Virus record (IMG/VR): IMGVR_UViG_3300042465_006773
Length of the DNA: 64,000 nt
Direction: 5' to 3' (one strand)
Source: a virus
Shown here: piece by piece, positions 39,067 through 48,279 of the stretch
Layout of the letters: every line of letters begins with the position of its first letter
How positions within the stretch are numbered: position 1 is the first letter of the stretch
Made by a program: the position numbers and the translations under genes
Notes under the pieces: generated by a model
Databases searched by the model: none
The model's input: the letters and a program-made list of their open reading frames with translations, nothing else
What the model was told of the DNA's origin: nothing

Positions 39067-39502
39067 TCAAGAACTATTAAAATTCGAATTTCTACTTACA
39101 CTTGAAAACAATATCGTATGTCAAAGGTTTTTCAACGTAAGAGAATACAATCCACAGATTCGCCATTCTATGGATTTATACTACATTGTAAAAAATATTT
39201 GCGATGAAATTGGTGAAGATTTAAAAATAAAAACTATGGATTATCTATACGATAACATGGATTTTTTTTACGATTCGGATGACTCCGAAACTAAATTAGA
39301 CAGTACTCAAGAGTACTTTGTTTTGGAAATTAAGTTAGGTGATGAAGTATTTATCAGAAGTATGTTTCCGGCTAACTATTATCACCCGAAGGTAAGGTAT
39401 ACTGTGGATATTCGTCCATATCTTAAAAGATATTTATCAGAACTAACAAACGTATTATCTTCTAAAGATTTGGAAACAACGTATTTAAATTATGAATTAT
39501 AA
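39059..39502 (+). CDS. Hypothetical protein in the replication cluster
   Basis: 147-aa ORF overlapping the exonuclease stop and directly upstream of the helicase. Confidence 0.7.
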   Translation: MNNQELLKFEFLLTLENNIVCQRFFNVREYNPQIRHSMDLYYIVKNICDEIGEDLKIKTMDYLYDNMDFFYDSDDSETKLDSTQEYFVLEIKLGDEVFIRSMFPANYYHPKVRYTVDIRPYLKRYLSELTNVLSSKDLETTYLNYEL

Positions 39503-39515
39503 AAAATAAAAAAAC

Positions 39516-40892
39516 ATGTCAGAAAAAAATTTTGGATTTCTAGGAGCATCATTTCAACAAACACTTTTAAAAGCAATTATCGAAAACAAAAAATATGGAG
39601 AACAAATTATTGATGTAATTGAAAGCAAATACTTTGACAATCAATCATTTAAATACATTACCCAACACATTAAAGAGTATTATCAAAAATATAATAAAAT
39701 TCCTGATTATCAGAGTTTATCACAGACAATTGTGATGGAGTATGGTTCTCAAGAATCTGCTAGAGTCCATCTTGATACGATACAAGATTTAATGGATAAC
39801 ACCAAAGAGGACCCTATGGTCCAAGAAGAGGCGTTAAATTTTTGTAAACAACAAAATCTCAAAAAAGAGATTAAACATGTCAATACTATTATTGAAAACG
39901 GGGCATTTCAAGAATATCATAAAATTGAGGGGATAATACAGAAAGCACTTAGAGTTGGTCTACCGCCCGATGAGACCGTCGATGTTTTTCAAAACATTGA
40001 CCAAGCGTTAGAAAAGGATAATAGGTGCCCCATACCAACTGGTATCAGTGGTTTAGACAGTGTACTTAAAGGTGGTTTAGGTATAGGTGAATTAGGTGTA
40101 GTATTAGCACCAACAGGTACAGGGAAATCGACATTATTAACTTTATTTGCTAACACTGCATATAACTACGGTTTCAATGTACTTCAAGTATTTTTTGAGG
40201 ATAGTACAGATGTCATTAAACGTAAACATTATACCATATGGTCGGGTGTTTCACCAGATGAACAACCGGATAATAAAGAATTGGTAAAAAATGCTGTTTT
40301 AGAAAAAAGTACAAACAGTAAGGGGAGTCTTGATTTGTTAAAATTACCAAGTGATTCTGTTACCATTTCTGAAATAAAAACAAGAATTAGAAAAAGATTA
40401 TCTGAAGGAAAAAAAATAGACTTATTGATAATTGATTACGTTGATTGTATATCACCAGAAAAATCACAATATGGGGATGAATGGAAAGGTGAGGGTTCCG
40501 TAATGAGAAGTTTAGAATCTATGACAAATGAATTTAATTTAGTAATATGGACCGCTACTCAAGGTAATAGGGAATCTATTTCATCAGAAGTGGTTAATAG
40601 TGACCAAATGGGTGGTTCAATTAAAAAAGCTCAAATTGCTCACGTGATTCTATCGATAGGTAAAACTATTGAACAAAAAGACCACAAAATGGCAACTATG
40701 ACCCTTCTTAAATCAAGAATAGGTAAGGACGGTATTATATGGCAAAACTGTAAATTTGATAATGAATATTTGATTATTGATACCGAATCTCAAACAACTC
40801 TTCTCGGACACAAAGAGGAGAAACAAAAAGACAACGCTACGAGAGCAAAAGAAGCTTTTATCCGTAGAAATCAAATGTTGAACACAAATTAA
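39516..40892 (+). CDS. Replicative DnaB-like helicase (gp41-like)
   Basis: IPTGI.GLD.VL.GG...GEL, APTGTGKS, IIDYVD, WTATQGNR, KSR.G. Confidence 0.93.
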   Translation: MSEKNFGFLGASFQQTLLKAIIENKKYGEQIIDVIESKYFDNQSFKYITQHIKEYYQKYNKIPDYQSLSQTIVMEYGSQESARVHLDTIQDLMDNTKEDPMVQEEALNFCKQQNLKKEIKHVNTIIENGAFQEYHKIEGIIQKALRVGLPPDETVDVFQNIDQALEKDNRCPIPTGISGLDSVLKGGLGIGELGVVLAPTGTGKSTLLTLFANTAYNYGFNVLQVFFEDSTDVIKRKHYTIWSGVSPDEQPDNKELVKNAVLEKSTNSKGSLDLLKLPSDSVTISEIKTRIRKRLSEGKKIDLLIIDYVDCISPEKSQYGDEWKGEGSVMRSLESMTNEFNLVIWTATQGNRESISSEVVNSDQMGGSIKKAQIAHVILSIGKTIEQKDHKMATMTLLKSRIGKDGIIWQNCKFDNEYLIIDTESQTTLLGHKEEKQKDNATRAKEAFIRRNQMLNTN

Positions 40893-40907
40893 AAAAAAAT
40901 TATAATT

Positions 40908-41885
40908 ATGAAAGAAAAGATTTTACAAGAAAATCCGGGCCGCTTTGTCCTTTTTCCAATTGAATATCATGACATTTGGAGGCTTTATAAACAACAACAG
41001 GCTTGTTTTTGGACCGCGGAAGAAATAGATTTAAAGGATGATATCTATGATTGGGAAAATAAATTAAACGAAGATGAACAACATTTCGTAAAACATGTTT
41101 TGGCGTTTTTTGCTGCATCTGATGGTATTGTTAATGAAAATTTAGCGATGAATTTTGTTAATGAAGTTCAATACACTGAAGCGAAAATGTTTTATGGTTT
41201 TCAAATTATGATGGAAAATATTCATAGTGAAACCTATTCGTTGTTAATTGACACTTATATTAAAGACAAACAGGAACAAAATAAATTATTCAATGCGATT
41301 GAAACTATTCCGGCAATTAAAAAGAAAGCGGAATGGGCAATAAAGTGGATTAACTCCGATTCGTTTGTTGAAAGATTAATTGCTTTTGCCGCTGTTGAAG
41401 GTATATTCTTTTCGGGTTCATTTTGTTCAATTTTTTGGTTGAAAAAACGTGGATTAATGCCCGGTCTAACTTTCTCAAATGAATTAATCTCAAGAGACGA
41501 AGGTATGCACTGTGACTTTGCTTGTCATCTATACAATCAACATATTCAAAATAAATTGTCTGAAAAGAAAATAAAAGAAATCATATGTGGTGCTTTAGAA
41601 GTAGAAAAAGAATTTATTCTTGAGGCATTACCTGTTAGATTAATTGGGATGAATTCTGACCTAATGTCTCAATATTTGGAATTTGTTACAGATAGACTAT
41701 TAGTTTCTTTAAATTGTTCTAAAGTATATAATGTTGAGAACCCTTTTGATTTTATGCAAAATATCGCACTTCAAGGTAAAACTAATTTCTTTGAAAAAAG
41801 AGTTGCTGAATATCAAAAAGCGGGTGTGAATACTGTTACATCCATTGAGGATATGAGTGGTTCATTTGATGATGTTGATTTTTAA
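40908..41885 (+). CDS. nrdB: Ribonucleotide reductase class Ia beta subunit
   Basis: [58 protein letters not shown]. Confidence 0.97.
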   Translation: MKEKILQENPGRFVLFPIEYHDIWRLYKQQQACFWTAEEIDLKDDIYDWENKLNEDEQHFVKHVLAFFAASDGIVNENLAMNFVNEVQYTEAKMFYGFQIMMENIHSETYSLLIDTYIKDKQEQNKLFNAIETIPAIKKKAEWAIKWINSDSFVERLIAFAAVEGIFFSGSFCSIFWLKKRGLMPGLTFSNELISRDEGMHCDFACHLYNQHIQNKLSEKKIKEIICGALEVEKEFILEALPVRLIGMNSDLMSQYLEFVTDRLLVSLNCSKVYNVENPFDFMQNIALQGKTNFFEKRVAEYQKAGVNTVTSIEDMSGSFDDVDF

Positions 41886-41896
41886 AATTTAAAGAT

Positions 41897-44800
41897 ATGA
41901 AAGTTAAAAAAAGAGATGGCTCATTGGAAGAAATGAGATATGACAAAATTACAAGAAGAATTCAAAATTTTTGCGATGATTTAAATCTTGAATATGTTGA
42001 CCCAACATTGATAACCCTTAAAGTGACACAAGGTATTTATGACGGTATATCAACAACAGAGTTAGATATTTTAGCAGCAGAAACCGCTGCATCTCTTGTC
42101 ACCTCTCACTCAGATTACGCAAAATTAGCCGGTAGATTGGCAGTATCTAATTTACATAAAACTACACCAAAAAAATTCTCACATTCAATCAAGGAATTAC
42201 ATTCATTTGTTGAACCGAAAACAAATAAGGAATCTTCATTAATTTCAAATGAAACCTATAATTTTGTTCAACAATATAAGGATGTTTTAGATGGTGCGAT
42301 TATTCAAGAAAGAGATTTTGATTTTGATTATTTTGGGTTTAAAACATTAGAACGTTCATATCTACTAAAGATTGGTAATCGTATTGTTGAAAGACCACAA
42401 TACATGTACATGAGAGTTGCTGTTGGTATTTGTAATAATGACATAGAGACCGCTTTAAGAATTTATGATGATTTATCACAACATTATTACACACACGCAA
42501 CACCTACTTTATTTAACGCAGGAACACACAGACCACAAATGTCGTCCTGTTTCTTGATTGGTAATAAAGGTGATGACATTGATGGTTTATTTGACACAAT
42601 AAAAGATGTTGCGAAGATATCTAAATGGGCTGGTGGTATTGGTTTACATGTTCATGATGTAAGAGGTAAAGGTGCGTATATCAAAGGTACTGGTGGAGAA
42701 TCAGATGGTTTGTTACCAATGATGAAAACATATAATGAAGTTGCTCGTTGGATTAACCAAGGGGGTCGCCGCCGCGGTTCATTCGCTGTTTATCTTGAAC
42801 CATGGCACTCAGATGTATTTGAGTTTATTGAATTAAGAAAAAACCATGGAAAAGAAGAATTAAGGGCCAGAGATTTGTTTTTAGCGATGTGGGTCCCTGA
42901 CTTATTTATGAAAAGAGTAGAACAAGATTTAGAATGGTCATTATTTTCACCAGATGAGGCGCCTGGATTATCTGACGTATATGATGACCCATACAAATTT
43001 ACACAAGATTTTACTGAACTTTATGAAAGATATGAGAAGGAAGGTAAGGCAAGAAAAGTCGTAAAAGCTAGAAAATTAATGGATGCCATTTTGACCGCAC
43101 AAATTGAAACGGGGGTACCTTATATGTTATATAAAGATGCTGCTAATTACAAGTCAAACCAAAAGAACTTAGGTACAATTAAATCATCTAATTTGTGTAT
43201 AACAGGTGACCAAAGAGTGGTGACAACAAAGGGTTACTTAACAGCCAAAGAATTGTGTGAAATGGATGTGGAATTAGAACTTTTTAATGGTTCTGAAATT
43301 GTCAAATCATCCAAAATGATTAAACGAGGTGAAAATGAAGATGTTTATAAAATAACATTAGAAAATGGTATGGAACATAAAGTAACACCATATCATGGAA
43401 TACCTGTAATTGACTCAAGAAATAATATAACACGTATTGAATGTAAGGATTTAAAAATAGGTGATAAAATAGCAGTACAAACTAATAAAGGATTGTTTGG
43501 TTCAAAAGAAATGGTAGATGAGGCCTTTTTATTGGGTTTATATCAATCAGATGGTACACAAAACAAATCATCAATTTTATTTGATTTATGGGAAAATGAT
43601 TTTGATTTAGTTGAAGAGATTGAAAACAAAATTCAAAAATTATATTCAAAATACGAGTATAAACCTAGATATTCAACTAAAGGTTGTAAATTTATAGATT
43701 GTGTTGTTTCATTTTCTAAAGTAAAGAAAAAAAGATTATCTAGTGAATTTTTTAAAAAAGAATTACTCTTTGAAAAGGGATATGTACCCGAATGGATTTG
43801 GTCTTCAAATGAAGAAACGCAATGGTCTTATTTGCGGGGTTTATTATTTGCTGATGGAACAGCTAATAAAAATAAATCAAAAGGGGAGCCAACACAAATA
43901 AGTTATGCCGACATAAATATTGATTTTTTAAAAGAGCTTCAATTAATTTTTCAAAATTTAGGTCTTCAAACATCTATTAGATTGTTAAGAAATGGAGGTC
44001 AACGGTCATTACCAAATGGTAAAGGTGGATATTCACTATACAAAACAAAAGATTGTTATAGATTAATTGTTGGTAATAAAAATGACTCACAAAAAATAAA
44101 TGAAAAAATAGGGTTTCTTGATAGAAAAAACATAATCATTGACAATCGTGAATTTCGGGATAATACGAAAAAGGGATATAAAGTAAAATCCATAGAATAT
44201 GTGGGTAAAGAAGATGTTTATTGTCCAACAATTTATAATGATGAACATATTTTTATTTCACAAGGATTAAAAACATTTAATTGCACTGAAATTCTAGAAT
44301 TTTCTTCTCCAGAAGAACAAGCGGTTTGTAATTTAGCATCAATTGCTTTACCAAAATACGTAGTCAACAAAGAATTTAATCACGATTTACTATATGAATA
44401 TGTGTATCAAGTTGTAAAAAACCTAAACAACGTTATTGATTTAAATTTTTATCCTACTGAGGAAACAAAACTTTCAAACATGAAACACAGACCAGTTGGT
44501 TTAGGTGTTCAAGGATTGGCAGATGTATTTTGTATGTTAAAATTACCTTTTGAAAGTGAGGATGCAGACAAATTACAAGTAGAAATATTTGAAACAATTT
44601 ATTTCGCTGCTCTCACATCGTCTAAAGACTTGGCTATTGAAAATGGTGCATACTCTTCATTTGATGGTTCCCCATTATCTAAGGGTCAATTCCAATACGA
44701 GTTATGGGGTAAAACAGACAAGGACACAAGTGGAAGATGGGATTGGAAATCGCTAAGAAAAGATGTTGTCAAATATGGTGTAAGAAACTCTTTATTAGTT

Positions 44801-45406
44801 GCACCTATGCCAACAGCATCTACCGCTCAAATTTTAGGTAACAACGAAGCCTTTGAACCTTTTACTTCTAATCTCTATTCAAGAAGAACATTGGGTGGTG
44901 AATTTATTGTAATCAATAAACATTTGGTTAATGAATTGTTGGAAAGAGGTTTGTGGTCTGATGAAATAAAGAAAAAATTAATAATGGAAAACGGTTCGGT
45001 TCAAAACATACCCGAGATACCTGTTGATGTAAAAGAAATTTATAAGACAGTTTGGGAAATGTCACAAAAAAGAATTCTAACAATGGCGGCAAATAGGTCA
45101 ATTTATATCGACCAATCTCAGTCATTAAATTTATTTATTGATAACGCAAATAAAACAAAAGTTATGGCGGCTCATTTATACGGGTGGAAACTTGGTTTAA
45201 AAACCGGAATGTACTATCTTAGAACTAAGGCTGCTGTTGACCCAATTAAAGGGTTGGGTATTGATATAACAACTTCTAAACCAAATGTTGAAAATCAAAT
45301 AAGTAATGTTAAAGAATCAAACTTAACAAGTAATTATGTTGAAGAAATGGTTTTATCAATTAAACCAAATGATTCACCATTTGAATGTGAAGGATGTGGT
45401 TCATAA
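41897..45406 (+). CDS. nrdA: Ribonucleotide reductase class Ia alpha subunit with ATP cone and an intein
   Basis: VKKRDG ATP cone, ATPTLFNAG, SSCF, SNL[intein]CTEI, CNLAS, APMPTAST, KTGMYYLR, C-terminal CEGCGS. Confidence 0.97.
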   Translation: MKVKKRDGSLEEMRYDKITRRIQNFCDDLNLEYVDPTLITLKVTQGIYDGISTTELDILAAETAASLVTSHSDYAKLAGRLAVSNLHKTTPKKFSHSIKELHSFVEPKTNKESSLISNETYNFVQQYKDVLDGAIIQERDFDFDYFGFKTLERSYLLKIGNRIVERPQYMYMRVAVGICNNDIETALRIYDDLSQHYYTHATPTLFNAGTHRPQMSSCFLIGNKGDDIDGLFDTIKDVAKISKWAGGIGLHVHDVRGKGAYIKGTGGESDGLLPMMKTYNEVARWINQGGRRRGSFAVYLEPWHSDVFEFIELRKNHGKEELRARDLFLAMWVPDLFMKRVEQDLEWSLFSPDEAPGLSDVYDDPYKFTQDFTELYERYEKEGKARKVVKARKLMDAILTAQIETGVPYMLYKDAANYKSNQKNLGTIKSSNLCITGDQRVVTTKGYLTAKELCEMDVELELFNGSEIVKSSKMIKRGENEDVYKITLENGMEHKVTPYHGIPVIDSRNNITRIECKDLKIGDKIAVQTNKGLFGSKEMVDEAFLLGLYQSDGTQNKSSILFDLWENDFDLVEEIENKIQKLYSKYEYKPRYSTKGCKFIDCVVSFSKVKKKRLSSEFFKKELLFEKGYVPEWIWSSNEETQWSYLRGLLFADGTANKNKSKGEPTQISYADINIDFLKELQLIFQNLGLQTSIRLLRNGGQRSLPNGKGGYSLYKTKDCYRLIVGNKNDSQKINEKIGFLDRKNIIIDNREFRDNTKKGYKVKSIEYVGKEDVYCPTIYNDEHIFISQGLKTFNCTEILEFSSPEEQAVCNLASIALPKYVVNKEFNHDLLYEYVYQVVKNLNNVIDLNFYPTEETKLSNMKHRPVGLGVQGLADVFCMLKLPFESEDADKLQVEIFETIYFAALTSSKDLAIENGAYSSFDGSPLSKGQFQYELWGKTDKDTSGRWDWKSLRKDVVKYGVRNSLLVAPMPTASTAQILGNNEAFEPFTSNLYSRRTLGGEFIVINKHLVNELLERGLWSDEIKKKLIMENGSVQNIPEIPVDVKEIYKTVWEMSQKRILTMAANRSIYIDQSQSLNLFIDNANKTKVMAAHLYGWKLGLKTGMYYLRTKAAVDPIKGLGIDITTSKPNVENQISNVKESNLTSNYVEEMVLSIKPNDSPFECEGCGS
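43196..44281 (+). mobile_element. Intein with LAGLIDADG homing endonuclease (362 aa)
   Basis: Starts CITGDQRV; block B VTPYH; LAGLIDADG motifs LLGLYQSDG and YLRGLLFADG; ends VYCPT...KTFN before CTEI. Removing it restores SNLCTEI. Confidence 0.95.
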
Positions 45407-45414
45407 CAACAATT

Positions 45415-45493
45415 TTGGGTGACTCCCTTAATAGTCAAGGTTAACCTTGAACATCTAATCGTTTGGTCATACAGGGGGTGAAAACTAAACGAT
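45415..45493 (+). ncRNA. Candidate structured RNA with a pseudoknot
   Basis: P1 TTGGGTG/CATCTAA; inner hairpin TCAAGG-TTAA-CCTTGA; P3 ATCGTTTGG/CTAAACGAT; ACTCCCT can pair with AGGGGGT in the P3 loop. Confidence 0.4.
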
Positions 45494-45497
45494 ATAC

Positions 45498-45528
45498 AAT
45501 CCCATCGAATACTCGATGGGATTTTTTT
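45498..45528 (+). terminator. Intrinsic terminator after nrdA/ncRNA
   Basis: AATCCCATCGA-ATAC-TCGATGGGATT-TTTTT. Confidence 0.85.
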
Positions 45529-45541
45529 ATATTTATAATAT

Positions 45542-45910
45542 ATGAAAAAGATTATTTTTAACCACGAACACGTTGACCATTATGATGGACAAGATAACTA
45601 CGAACTGGGTATTTACGAAGATGATGACGAAAACCCAATTGGATTTGAATCTGAAACTATTATAGGTTATGTTGCATACACGGTTTACAATAATGAAATA
45701 ACAGTTAGTGATATTATAGTTAGACCGAATAGAAGAAGGGAAGGTTTTGGTTCAATGTTGATAAAAAAGATGAAAAGTTTACATCCCGATGCTGTTTATA
45801 AACCTTCATTAAAAACAGATTTAGGTTCAAAATTTATTCACAAAAATGTTGATATAATGGAAGAAAGGAATAAAATAAAAACACTAATGAACATATTAAT
45901 GAAAATGTAA
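45542..45910 (+). CDS. GNAT-family acetyltransferase-like protein
   Basis: IIGYV.Y...I.VSDI.VRP..RREGFGS.LI acetyl-CoA-binding motif; T.LG..F. Confidence 0.8.
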   Translation: MKKIIFNHEHVDHYDGQDNYELGIYEDDDENPIGFESETIIGYVAYTVYNNEITVSDIIVRPNRRREGFGSMLIKKMKSLHPDAVYKPSLKTDLGSKFIHKNVDIMEERNKIKTLMNILMKM

Positions 45911-45943
45911 ACTTAGATTTATTGTTTTACTATATTTATAAAC

Positions 45944-46396
45944 ATGGCGGGAACATATGGTATAGATTTTCCATTTAGACAAAGTCTTAAAGGTGATTTT
46001 TTAATAATGACAGAAACACCTGAAAGAGAAATTCGTGCAAATTTGATACACCTTTTGTTAACAAGAAAAGGTAGTAGATATTATTTACCTGATTTTGGTA
46101 CTAGGTTATTTGAATTTATTTTTGAACCAAACGATGCGGTTACGTGGGGACAAATAGAAGATGAAATAAGAACATCGGTAAGAACATTCATTCCTAATTT
46201 AGAAATAAAATCCATAAGAGTAACTGCCGCAGACCAAGACGAAGAAGAACCCGCTAGTCCACAAGAAGATGAAGACTCGAGATTATTTAGAGTTTCAGAC
46301 TATTCAACTAAACCATACACGGCTAAAGTTAGGGTAGATTATGATATTAATAATGAACCATTTGTTTCTTCTGATTTTATAATTATAAACATTTAA
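45944..46396 (+). CDS. Baseplate wedge protein (gp25-like)
   Basis: GIDFPF, IRANL..LLLTRKGSRY.LPDFGT.L.EFIFEP, I...IP. Confidence 0.92.
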   Translation: MAGTYGIDFPFRQSLKGDFLIMTETPEREIRANLIHLLLTRKGSRYYLPDFGTRLFEFIFEPNDAVTWGQIEDEIRTSVRTFIPNLEIKSIRVTAADQDEEEPASPQEDEDSRLFRVSDYSTKPYTAKVRVDYDINNEPFVSSDFIIINI

Positions 46397-46397
46397 T

Positions 46398-48230
46398 ATG
46401 AGTAAAAAAATATCATACGCTGTTAGAGATTTTGCCGGTCTAAGACAAGAATTAGTTAATTTAACTAGAGAATATTATCCCGATTTAATTAAAAATACAA
46501 ACGACGCATCTATTTTTTCAGTACTGTTGGATTTAAATGCTGCGGTTGCTGACAATTTACATTTTCACATTGATAGGGTTTGGCAAGAAACAATTTTAGA
46601 TTTTGCACAACAAAGACAATCTTTGTATCATATTGCTAAAACTTATGGATTAAAAATACCGGGAAATAGACCATCTGTTGCTTTGTGTGATTTTACAATA
46701 CAAGTACCGGTAAGAGGAGACAAAGAAGATACGAGATATTTGGGTACAATCAAAACAGGTGCGCAAGTTTCAGGTGGTGGTCAAGTTTTTGAAACGGTAG
46801 ATGATATTGATTTTTCAAATCCATTTAATAGTAGAGGGGAACCAAATAGGTTAAAAATACCAAATTTTGATGGAAACAATAGACTAATATCGTATTCTAT
46901 TGTAAAAAGAGAAGCCGTTATCAATGGTGTTACAAGAATATATAGACGAGTAATAACTGAATTAGACCAAAAACCATTTTTAAAAATATTTTTACCTGAA
47001 CAAAACATTTTGGGTGTTTCTTCAATTATACACAAAGAAGGCACATCTTTTGCTAGTAACCCCACTGATTCAGAATTTTTATCTTCGACAAATAAATGGT
47101 ACGAAGTAAAAACTTTAATGCAAGATAAAGTTTTTATACCTGACCCAACATCATCATCAGATTCGGATAACTTTATTTCTGGTGCATATCTATCGGTTTC
47201 AAATAAATTTATAACAGAATACACCCCCGAGAATTATTTCTCAATAACGTTTGGTTCGGGTAATGTAAATCCAATGGATAATTTGGATGATTATAATACG
47301 GGTAATTTAAAAGTTAATTTGGGGGTATATCTAAATAACACGTCTTTAGGCGCTTTACCTAAGTCGAATACGACTTTATTTGTAAAATATAGAATTGGGG
47401 GTGGTAGAGATAGTAATTTAGGAATTAATATTATTACAAGTACCGATGATATCGATTTTGTTATTAACGGACCAAATTCAAATATAAACACTCAAGTTCA
47501 AAATTCATTGACGGTAACAAACGTAACACCAGCGATTGGTGGTGCGGACCAACCGACAATTGAAGAAATTAGAAACATGATATCTTATAATTTTGCAGCA
47601 CAAAACAGAGCGGTTACATTAAATGATTATAAATCAATGATTGAAACAATGCCAGCATTATATGGTGCACCTGCAAAAGTTAATGTAATGGAAGAAGATA
47701 ATAAAATAAAAATCAAATTACTATCGTATGATGAAAATGGTAATTTGATTGATACTGTTTCAACGACCTTAAAGAATAATATTATAAATTATTTGTCAGA
47801 ATATAGAATGGTAAATGATTTTTTAGAAATCGAAAGTGGGGAAGTTGTTGATTTTTCATTAGAGTTAGATGTTGTAATAGACAAAAACGGTAATCAAACA
47901 GAAATAGTTAGAACGGTGATTCAAGATGTTGTTGAATATTTTTCAATAGATAAAAGAAAAATGGGTGACCCTCTTTTAGTTGGTGATTTATATAGAATGA
48001 TTGGTGATGTTACGGGTGTAGTAAATGCTGTTGATGTTAGAGTTTTTAATAACATTGGTGGAGAATATTCATCATCAGAAGTTGCCCAATCTTATGTTAA
48101 TGAATCCACAAAAGAAATTGCACAATCAGACATGACAATTTACATGAAATCAAATCAAATATATCAAATTAGATTTCCTGAAAAAGATATTAAAGTCAGA
48201 GTTAAAACATTAGGAACAACCACATTTTAA
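46398..48230 (+). CDS. Baseplate wedge protein (gp6/baseplate J-like)
   Basis: RDF..LR..L, AQQR.SL..IA..YG, ITFG.G, YRIGGG..SN, GGAD..TIEEIR, QNRAVT..DY. Confidence 0.92.
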   Translation: MSKKISYAVRDFAGLRQELVNLTREYYPDLIKNTNDASIFSVLLDLNAAVADNLHFHIDRVWQETILDFAQQRQSLYHIAKTYGLKIPGNRPSVALCDFTIQVPVRGDKEDTRYLGTIKTGAQVSGGGQVFETVDDIDFSNPFNSRGEPNRLKIPNFDGNNRLISYSIVKREAVINGVTRIYRRVITELDQKPFLKIFLPEQNILGVSSIIHKEGTSFASNPTDSEFLSSTNKWYEVKTLMQDKVFIPDPTSSSDSDNFISGAYLSVSNKFITEYTPENYFSITFGSGNVNPMDNLDDYNTGNLKVNLGVYLNNTSLGALPKSNTTLFVKYRIGGGRDSNLGINIITSTDDIDFVINGPNSNINTQVQNSLTVTNVTPAIGGADQPTIEEIRNMISYNFAAQNRAVTLNDYKSMIETMPALYGAPAKVNVMEEDNKIKIKLLSYDENGNLIDTVSTTLKNNIINYLSEYRMVNDFLEIESGEVVDFSLELDVVIDKNGNQTEIVRTVIQDVVEYFSIDKRKMGDPLLVGDLYRMIGDVTGVVNAVDVRVFNNIGGEYSSSEVAQSYVNESTKEIAQSDMTIYMKSNQIYQIRFPEKDIKVRVKTLGTTTF

Positions 48231-48279
48231 ATTGGATTTATTTTAATTAGAAAATTGTTTATTTTCTATTTATATAGAA

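Noticed and set aside
40908-45406. Eukaryotic or NCLDV origin suggested by the eukaryote-like RNR and SNF2
   Set aside because: This RNR subclass also occurs in Bacteroidota and their phages, and the context is a contractile-tailed phage with bacterial terminators.
16638-48230. Bacterial eCIS/T6SS or tailocin locus
   Set aside because: Neck proteins, a complete phage replisome, RNR and tRNAs indicate a genuine phage genome.
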